From a virus (Duplodnaviria; Heunggongvirae; Uroviricota; Caudoviricetes), in the IMG/VR virus record IMGVR_UViG_3300031087_000527, positions 17,384 to 81,383 of that record: a stretch of 64,000 nucleotides of DNA; one strand, 5' to 3'. Shown here piece by piece: positions 58,049 through 64,000 of this stretch. Under the pieces are notes generated by a model. It was not told the DNA's origin. It made no database searches and saw only the letters and a program-made list of their open reading frames with translations. The position numbers and the translations under genes were made by a program. Every line of letters begins with the position of its first letter. Position 1 is the stretch's first letter.

Positions 58049-58915
58049 ATGAAAGCGACAGAAACTACGATTGGCGAAGTAAAAAAAGTGTTCGGCGTAT
58101 TCTACGCTCTTGAAGCTAATGATGGTTTTTTGGGTGAAAAAGCGCGACAAACATCAGTAGACTTTAGGCGTATTCTGTATACTGATTTTCTTTTAACCTT
58201 TGATGAAAAGGTTAACTTCCACTATCAGGTTTTGACAGGACAGTTTAAACAAAAAGGCGGCTACGTCAAGGCAACTGAGCGGCTCTATAACCAATATGCG
58301 CAGTGGCACGATGATAATGATCGCTACTGCAACACGCTGGATGATTTAAAGCTGTCTGTATTTAATGAATATCAGGGCATCTTCGAGCATTTCATGAAGC
58401 AAAATGAGAACTTTTTTATTTTCAGAACCCTGAAAAAAGAAGGATGGCGTAAAAATCTGCTGCTTAAAACAGATATTGGTCAGAAGGTTAACTTCCTAAT
58501 TACGCAACGCGAGGCGTTAAAAGGTAAAACCTGTGATGATCTGGTTAAGGTAAGACTGACGGCTGAGTATAGTTCGGATAATACAGCGGTTATTGTTCCT
58601 GCTGGTTTTGAGCGTTTTGCTAATGCTGCAATGGTTGATGCTTACGTCATCTATAAAGATAAGATGCTTCCTGTTCAGACTTATCTTCATAGTGTGCGTT
58701 TTGATGCCCGCGCAGAGGTGTTAAACATGAAGTTTGAGACGCCAGAAGGTTGTGGCTTCAACTTCCATACCTTTACGCTCAAAGATGGCAAGTTTGTGTT
58801 TGATGACGGCGTGCTGTTTTTTGAAAAGCAGGATGCTTACAATGTGGCGCGTATGCTGATTGAAGACGAGCAGAAACGTCTGGATGAAATGCGGTCGCAG
58901 TTAGAAGCAGTCTGA
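58049..58915 (+). CDS. hypothetical protein
   Basis: 288 aa, promoter, terminator. Confidence 0.85.
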   Translation: MKATETTIGEVKKVFGVFYALEANDGFLGEKARQTSVDFRRILYTDFLLTFDEKVNFHYQVLTGQFKQKGGYVKATERLYNQYAQWHDDNDRYCNTLDDLKLSVFNEYQGIFEHFMKQNENFFIFRTLKKEGWRKNLLLKTDIGQKVNFLITQREALKGKTCDDLVKVRLTAEYSSDNTAVIVPAGFERFANAAMVDAYVIYKDKMLPVQTYLHSVRFDARAEVLNMKFETPEGCGFNFHTFTLKDGKFVFDDGVLFFEKQDAYNVARMLIEDEQKRLDEMRSQLEAV

Positions 58916-59033
58916 TAAGCAGATCATAAAATAAAGCCGCCTCCGGGCGGTTTTTGTTTTTTTAAAAAAGACTTGCTTATGTTGTCATTAATAGGTATAC
59001 TTCTTTTATTGAAACCACTGAGAGATAAAAAGA

Positions 59034-59696
59034 ATGAAAACGCTGACTATGAACGTGCTTACTTTAACTGCAATTTGTGTTGCGGCTGCGACTAAGATGC
59101 AAAATCTGCGTGAGTCATTAGCTGCTGAAAAGTGTAAAACTGACTATGAAGATCCCCGGATCGAATTTTTTAATGGTTATGAGGAAACTTCTCTTTCTTT
59201 GACTACTGTTATTAATGAGTTAAACAGCATGAGTTTTAACGCTGTCATGAAAGAAGAAATGGCTCAGGCGTTAGCTATTTTAGATAGCGTTAAGAATAAG
59301 ATTGAAAGCCGTAATGCTTTAATGAAACAGAAAGAGTTTGATGCTTCAACACAGATTCGGAATGTGCTGAAAAAAGTCCGTGCTGATTTTGAGGCTTTCG
59401 TAAATGTTGATGATCTGATTCTTTTCCGAATGAATACCTATGCTCTTACGCCTAAAAAGCAGGAAGCTGTGGCTGAGCGTTTTGCATCTTTGGGTATTAT
59501 TACCTCTGCAAATCCGTATTACGCAGGTAAGATGTTTGCTATGCTGGCAAGTGAGCGTGATGAGCGAAAAACGTCGCATCAGATTTACGAGCTGGTAGAG
59601 GACATCGTAAATGATCGGAACGTGATTGGCACCATCGTAGTTGAAGAATATGATGTCATTTCAAGACTGGTTGAGCATTTCGCAGGCTCACATTAA
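59034..59696 (+). CDS. hypothetical protein, family of 33176/38511/39289
   Basis: Similar size; L...KQEAV...F...G and RN.IG. Confidence 0.8.
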   Translation: MKTLTMNVLTLTAICVAAATKMQNLRESLAAEKCKTDYEDPRIEFFNGYEETSLSLTTVINELNSMSFNAVMKEEMAQALAILDSVKNKIESRNALMKQKEFDASTQIRNVLKKVRADFEAFVNVDDLILFRMNTYALTPKKQEAVAERFASLGIITSANPYYAGKMFAMLASERDERKTSHQIYELVEDIVNDRNVIGTIVVEEYDVISRLVEHFAGSH

Positions 59697-59742
59697 CTGA
59701 CAGCTAAGCCGCTCTAGGGCGGCATTTTGTTTTGGAGGGATT

Positions 59743-60099
59743 ATGCGTGTAAGAGGCACTCTGCTTTTATTTTTGATTGCGGTAGTAGGCGGGCTTGCTG
59801 ACAAAGGTGTTGTGGGTCATTCAGTTGGCGAAGGTGTGCGCATTACCATGATGGTATTATCTTATATCTATGCGGGTATAATGGGTGTTGGAGCAGTATA
59901 TTATTTTTTCTCTAATCCAATACCGTTCAGCTTCGGTCGAAACTTCATGTTTGTGACAATGGATTGTGGCTTAATATTCTTAAGTGCGGTTATTTGTCAT
60001 TTTATAGGATGGAGTCCCTCAGATGGCTTGCTTCTTGCTTGTGTGGCTTTTTACGTATATCTTAGTGGAAAGCTGCCATCTGATTCTGATTGTAACTAA
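59743..60099 (+). CDS. membrane protein
   Basis: Four hydrophobic segments. Confidence 0.8.
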   Translation: MRVRGTLLLFLIAVVGGLADKGVVGHSVGEGVRITMMVLSYIYAGIMGVGAVYYFFSNPIPFSFGRNFMFVTMDCGLIFLSAVICHFIGWSPSDGLLLACVAFYVYLSGKLPSDSDCN

Positions 60100-60113
60100 A
60101 AAAAGAGGTGTTT

Positions 60114-60455
60114 ATGCAATTTGAAAATATTTTAGATGTGGTGGAAGTGGCGAGTCTTGATGAGGCGTATGCTAAGCGTTTTACTAAGCCGTGGCTGACG
60201 CAAAACTGCGAAGGTGAAACGGTAGAGTATGACACAGAAGAGCAAGCGTGTGCTGCTCAGCGTGCTGCAGGTTATCAGCTTTCAGATTTGATTATTGCGT
60301 GGCGTCTGCTGGGCGATGTGCCTGTAAATGAAGATGATGAGCTTGAAGAGGCGTTTCTTCATTTTGAAGCTGGTGCTGATCGCTCAGATGTGTGGGCATG
60401 GTTTGAATCGAAAAATCCTGAGTTTTCTGTAGCTAAAGCACAGGCATTCGTTTAA
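60114..60455 (+). CDS. acidic phage/plasmid-type protein
   Basis: W..LGDVPVN..E.LEE.FLHF.AG..R.DVW.WFE. Confidence 0.8.
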   Translation: MQFENILDVVEVASLDEAYAKRFTKPWLTQNCEGETVEYDTEEQACAAQRAAGYQLSDLIIAWRLLGDVPVNEDDELEEAFLHFEAGADRSDVWAWFESKNPEFSVAKAQAFV

Positions 60456-60507
60456 CATTACCATAACTAAAGGGCGCTCCGGCGTCTTTTTTCTTAACGG
60501 AGAATAT

Positions 60508-60885
60508 ATGGAAGACAAGCAAGATAACCAGATGGATATTTTTAAAGAGTCCATAGAAAGAGGTCTGGCCACTCTCAAGCGACTGGAAAATAATGAGGCT
60601 TTTGTCATTTATCACCTGGAGCAGGCTAAAGAAGCTTTTGAAGGAGTTTATGAGCATACATTCAGCATCTTGAGCAAAAAAGATGATTTAAGTGTTGAAC
60701 TAATTGTAAAACTTAAAGAAAAAAATGAAAAGCATGTCATCATTCGTGTTTCATTCGATGAAGACGCTATTGATAGCTTTCATTCCGATTTTAAGAAATC
60801 ACAGTATAATGCCGAGCGAGAAGGTTTGGTGGATTATATTAACAGTGTTTTAAAGGATAATTATAAGCTGTATAGTGTTTTGTAA
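60508..60885 (+). CDS. hypothetical protein
   Basis: GGAG RBS. Confidence 0.8.
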   Translation: MEDKQDNQMDIFKESIERGLATLKRLENNEAFVIYHLEQAKEAFEGVYEHTFSILSKKDDLSVELIVKLKEKNEKHVIIRVSFDEDAIDSFHSDFKKSQYNAEREGLVDYINSVLKDNYKLYSVL

Positions 60886-60952
60886 TAAATCATCTTTGCT
60901 TTTTCGGTTGATTATGTTATCATGACAACATACAAACCACAGAGAAGCTGTA

Positions 60953-61294
60953 ATGAAAAAGAAAATCGACGTAATCTTTCCTTTCGCAGAAGCAACGGGC
61001 TATATTGCTGACGTTAATGATAAAAGCTTTGATGTGTATGGCTTTGACAAAACAGGATTAGAGAAGGTCGCGTGTCTGCGTTATGTAGGCGCAACTCGTC
61101 GTGGTAATGGCGATGGTAATCGTGCTCTGGAAGCTTTCATCGCAAAATGCCGTATGATGAGTGCGGACGCTATTGTATTGTGTTATGACGTTTCTGAGCG
61201 TCAGGCGCGGGGCTTCACGTTAAAAGAATGGTATGAAAAGTATGGCTTTGACCAGATTGGAAAAAGCTATTTTATGATCAAAAAACTTAAGTGA
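60953..61294 (+). CDS. GNAT-family acetyltransferase-like protein
   Basis: RRGNGDG motif A; LKEWYEKYGF. Confidence 0.7.
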   Translation: MKKKIDVIFPFAEATGYIADVNDKSFDVYGFDKTGLEKVACLRYVGATRRGNGDGNRALEAFIAKCRMMSADAIVLCYDVSERQARGFTLKEWYEKYGFDQIGKSYFMIKKLK

Positions 61295-61301
61295 GGCCAA
61301 T

Positions 61302-61688
61302 TTGGTTGAGATTAAAAACGCAGTAGAAGTGGTGGCGACTCCACTAAAATTAGTTGAAGACCTATTTCGGTATGATGGCGCACTGCTGTTAGGCGTTTAT
61401 CAGAAAGAGGATGGTCAGAAAGTCATCGAGTCATGGTGTGATAAGGACGTTGATGAGGTTGCTGCTGTGAGCACCTATCATTACTACACCGTGCCTGTCT
61501 CTAATGAAGATCTGGAGGCATATAAGTCTCGTGAGCTGACACTTAAAGCGATAATCCAGAAAGCCGATAAAGTTGTTTTTGAAGTGATTACAGAAAGTAA
61601 TGACGAATCGAAATCTGTATTTCTTGAGGTGAAGCCAGAAGATTTCCCGGAAGAGTATATGCCTGCAGAAGATTCTTACTGTATGTAA
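61302..61688 (+). CDS. DUF6575-like protein
   Basis: YDG.LL, W.D, VPVS...L, EY.P..DS. Confidence 0.6.
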   Translation: MVEIKNAVEVVATPLKLVEDLFRYDGALLLGVYQKEDGQKVIESWCDKDVDEVAAVSTYHYYTVPVSNEDLEAYKSRELTLKAIIQKADKVVFEVITESNDESKSVFLEVKPEDFPEEYMPAEDSYCM

Positions 61689-61800
61689 AATGAAAAGGCC
61701 GCCTCCGGGCGGTTTTTTTACATAAAAATCTTGCCAATATTGTCATTAAGGCGTATACTCGCTTTATCAAATCGACGCATATCTTTTTAAGGTGAAAACC

Positions 61801-62418
61801 ATGTTTTATACAGCGAGTCTTAATGATAACAACCTGAATGCTATTGATGTTGTAAACGTCTTGTCTCATGTTGAGCATGAATATGACATAGCTTTCACGC
61901 GTGAGTCATCTGCTTGGCTTAAGAACGCTAAGGTTGATATGCGTCGTCTTTTTCTTAACGGTAAAATGACGCGTTTTTGGCTGACGGCTGGCGGTGAAAT
62001 TTTAAAAGAAGATAAGATTAAAACCGCTCCAGGCTTGATCAAATGGGATAAAGCTGAATGTAAATATGTGGTTCTTCATGGGAAGAAGGGAGATCTTCAA
62101 TCAAGCGTATCGCTTGCCGATATCATGGCAGAACATTTTCTTTTAGAAGGCGCACCTATTGGGGCTTTTGAGATTTCTTTTAAAAACGCTAAGAAATCTA
62201 AAAACATGTGCGCTTTAGAAAATCTTATTGTCGAGAAAAAAGGTATTGGCACAGTGGCTGTTAAGAAGGCGGTTAAAGTGCTGCGAAAAGGCCGTTTCTA
62301 TGCGTATTATGATAGCGTTAATGCCTGCGCCAAAGACATTGAGATTCCAAGTCGCAAGGTGAGCGAAATGGCAAAATCAGGTGAAGCCTATAAGCATTTT
62401 ATGGTAGCATACTGCTAA
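61801..62418 (+). CDS. protein with a C-terminal NUMOD1-like HTH
   Basis: YDSVNACAKDIEIP...VS...K.G..YK. Confidence 0.6.
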   Translation: MFYTASLNDNNLNAIDVVNVLSHVEHEYDIAFTRESSAWLKNAKVDMRRLFLNGKMTRFWLTAGGEILKEDKIKTAPGLIKWDKAECKYVVLHGKKGDLQSSVSLADIMAEHFLLEGAPIGAFEISFKNAKKSKNMCALENLIVEKKGIGTVAVKKAVKVLRKGRFYAYYDSVNACAKDIEIPSRKVSEMAKSGEAYKHFMVAYC

Positions 62419-62441
62419 GGTTGAATAAAAAGAGAGGCGTT

Positions 62442-62645
62442 ATGTTTAAACTAAAGGCGATTTATCAGGAAAAAGACTTATTTGGCGCTATTTGCGGCTA
62501 CTCTGGCGACAGCTTTTCCAGTGATTCAGATGAAAAGCGGAAAAAGAGTAAGCAAAAAAAAGACTCAAAGAGTGAGCCTGACAATAATAGTGATGTGATT
62601 GTTGCTGCGATTGCCGCTGGTATGATTGTATCAACACTGGAATAA
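62442..62645 (+). CDS. small hypothetical protein
   Basis: GAGG RBS, terminator. Confidence 0.65.
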   Translation: MFKLKAIYQEKDLFGAICGYSGDSFSSDSDEKRKKSKQKKDSKSEPDNNSDVIVAAIAAGMIVSTLE

Positions 62646-62724
62646 CAAAACCGCCTCCTGGCGGTTTTTTGTTGTGCATTAAGTGTAAAACTGATATAAT
62701 CATCATTCATAAACAGGAGGCGTT

Positions 62725-63096
62725 ATGTCTAAAAATATTTCAGCTGATCAGACGTTTAACTTTAAAGTTTACCTCTATGCGTCACTGGCGTTTTTCCTGC
62801 TGGCTTCACTTTTTCAAAGCGATCTTGTGATGGGCTTTAGCGTTGCGGCGGCATGGGCGTGTGTCGTATTTGGCATCATTAAGTACGGCGCTTTGCTGTA
62901 TCGGGTATTTGCTGAGAAGAAAGATTATGTTTTGAGTTTAAAAGAGTTCATTCTGACAGCAAGTGTATTCCCGTTTTTGTTGTTTGTATTAAGCGCAAGC
63001 CTAAGAGAAGCAACACATAGCCAAGCGCTCCCGGCACTGATAATGCTTCAAGGACTAATGATGTTCGCATTTACCCTAAAAGATTGGAAGCCGTAA
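62725..63096 (+). CDS. 4-TM membrane protein, distantly like 5244/5810
   Basis: Hydrophobic pattern; C-terminal WK. Confidence 0.8.
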   Translation: MSKNISADQTFNFKVYLYASLAFFLLASLFQSDLVMGFSVAAAWACVVFGIIKYGALLYRVFAEKKDYVLSLKEFILTASVFPFLLFVLSASLREATHSQALPALIMLQGLMMFAFTLKDWKP

Positions 63097-63156
63097 TGTT
63101 GTCATTATGATGGAGTCTTGCTATAATGACAGTATAGAAACCATTAGGGCTTTAAA

Positions 63157-63846
63157 ATGAACCTGAACCTGAACCTGAAGACATATAAGGCGATTTCTGG
63201 ATTAAACCGTGCTGGTGTGCTTTGGCATGGTTTATCTTCTGAGAGAGCGTTAGAGGCGCTTAAAAACGGCTTTATTAAGCCTCACTCGGTGCAGCGCTTT
63301 TGGTCTGATGGGATGTTTTACAGTGACGATCAGCCTGAGTATGATTCATCCTATTGGGCTAATGGCTGGTGCATGAGCCGGGATAAGCTGGTTGCTGAGA
63401 AGTTTGCGGCTTGCGGTGTATTGTTTGCGTTTAATATGAGAGCCATCAAAGAGACATTCAAGGTCGTTCCTTACTCATGGGCGGGTGCTATCCCACGCTC
63501 AACAGCACAGACGCGCAAAAGCGAACGTGAAGAGTATGTGTTAAGTGGTGGTATCTGTGAGTCAGAAGCCTTTTATCAGGCGAAATCAGATGAGATACAA
63601 GCTCAGATAGCACGGGTTAATGCTCAACGCAAAGTAAAAGAGATAAGCCTGGCTGAGAAGAAAAAGCGCGTAGCTGAACTTGAGGCTCTGGCTAAGGTAA
63701 GCACATTCAATCATCATTTCTATCAACCACATGGCAGGAATATGTCTTTAGCAAATGCGTTTGGTTTCTTTATCACTGAGAAACGTCCAAATGATGATGT
63801 TTGTGCCGAACTTGAGAAACATCCATTATTTTTAGGTTATCTGTAA
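63157..63846 (+). CDS. putative ADP-ribosyltransferase-fold protein
   Basis: LWHG, CMSRD..VA.KFA, EREEYV. Confidence 0.55.
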   Translation: MNLNLNLKTYKAISGLNRAGVLWHGLSSERALEALKNGFIKPHSVQRFWSDGMFYSDDQPEYDSSYWANGWCMSRDKLVAEKFAACGVLFAFNMRAIKETFKVVPYSWAGAIPRSTAQTRKSEREEYVLSGGICESEAFYQAKSDEIQAQIARVNAQRKVKEISLAEKKKRVAELEALAKVSTFNHHFYQPHGRNMSLANAFGFFITEKRPNDDVCAELEKHPLFLGYL

Positions 63847-63923
63847 AAAAGACTTGTTATTGTTGTCATTAAAACGTATACTTCTTTTATTGAAACGACA
63901 CATTAATCCTTGAGGGGATGAAC

Positions 63924-64000
63924 ATGACTAAAGATGAACTGGCTCGACTGAAAATTGAAGTAAACAGCTTTAATACCGTGAGTGTTTCTGAGCTGCCTGC
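63924..64000 (+). CDS. hypothetical protein, truncated by the window end
   Basis: Cassette promoter 63854-63882, GAGGGG RBS. Confidence 0.7.
   Translation, partial: MTKDELARLKIEVNSFNTVSVSELP

Larger units (their letters stand above)
581..62670 (+). repeat. Dispersed intergenic terminator repeat family GCCRCC-TNCG-GGYGG-T(n), ~35 copies
   Basis: Copies start at about 581, 2016, 2692, 4366, 5124, 5661, 6580, 7926, 10242, 10982, 11971, 12351, 12745, 13618, 13929, 15025, 19472, 20999, 24132, 25850, 26569, 31245, 32699, 34856, 43343, 44011, 44503, 47008, 49644, 53967, 56760, 58936, 61698 and 62651; each lies just after a stop codon, with an A-tract before and a T-tract after. Confidence 0.95.
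612..63895 (+). promoter_or_regulatory. Dispersed sigma70 promoter family carrying the shared motif TTGTC(A/T)T(A/T)A and downstream TTTAT(T/C)GAAAC
   Basis: TTGNNN-17bp-TATACT/TATAAT upstream of most cassettes; TTGTC core at ~40 forward sites and GACAA at ~11 reverse sites. Confidence 0.9.

Noticed and set aside
581-62670. Repeats as a CRISPR array or REP elements
   Set aside because: Spacing is irregular (hundreds to thousands of bp) and filled with genes; the repeats have terminator architecture; no cas or RAYT gene.
581-62670. Classical integron with attC sites
   Set aside because: No consistent RYYYAAC...GTTRRRY boxes, no integrase in the window, and cassettes carry their own promoters and terminators.
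63157-63180. (TGAACC)x3 and (AAGCACT)x2.5 at ~26151 as contingency repeats
   Set aside because: Too few units; the first is frame-preserving and the second is mostly intergenic.
612-63875. TTGTCAT motif as a PhoB Pho box
   Set aside because: It resembles the CTGTCAT half-site but lacks the 11-bp direct-repeat partner, varies in position and orientation, and coexists with good -35 boxes. Disfavoured, not formally excluded.
1-64000. Definite assignment as phage or plasmid; tRNA, rRNA, RT or DGR
   Set aside because: No virion, replication, relaxase or reverse-transcriptase gene and no RNA gene recognised; the cargo mixes phage-type and plasmid-type families.

Overview
About 125 mostly short CDSs, nearly all on the + strand and mostly hypothetical, in an AT-rich background. 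There are no replication, conjugation, virion or housekeeping genes and no rRNA, tRNA or CRISPR array. The layout suggests the accessory, leading or early region of a large extrachromosomal element, either a megaplasmid or a jumbo phage; the window cannot decide which. The yedI-, psiE- and pphA-like genes suggest a gammaproteobacterial host. The dominant structure is a modular cassette array. Units of 1-3 genes are separated by ~35 copies of one GCCGCC-UNCG-GGCGG-T terminator, usually followed by a near-consensus sigma70 promoter. Those promoters carry one shared asymmetric motif, TTGTC(A/T)T(A/T)A (~50 copies, both orientations, several positions), which points to a single-repressor regulon and possibly to module shuffling. 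Two transposase-less TnpB elements interrupt genes, and both empty alleles can be rebuilt in frame. The first is a Fanzor2-like (pro-Fanzor) element with perfect 15-bp terminal inverted repeats inside an Ead/Ea22-like gene. The second is a GG-flanked IS607-type element just after the start codon of psiE. Recognisable cargo: an Acb1-like 2H phosphoesterase, a minimal kinase, a Ser/Thr phosphatase, two ADP-ribosyltransferase-like proteins, a GNAT, three Cys-His-Asp proteins, a homing-endonuclease-like nuclease, DUF808/YedI and many paralog families. All protein calls come from motif recognition by eye, not from searches. Several ORF-track starts were corrected to the RBS-preceded ATG.
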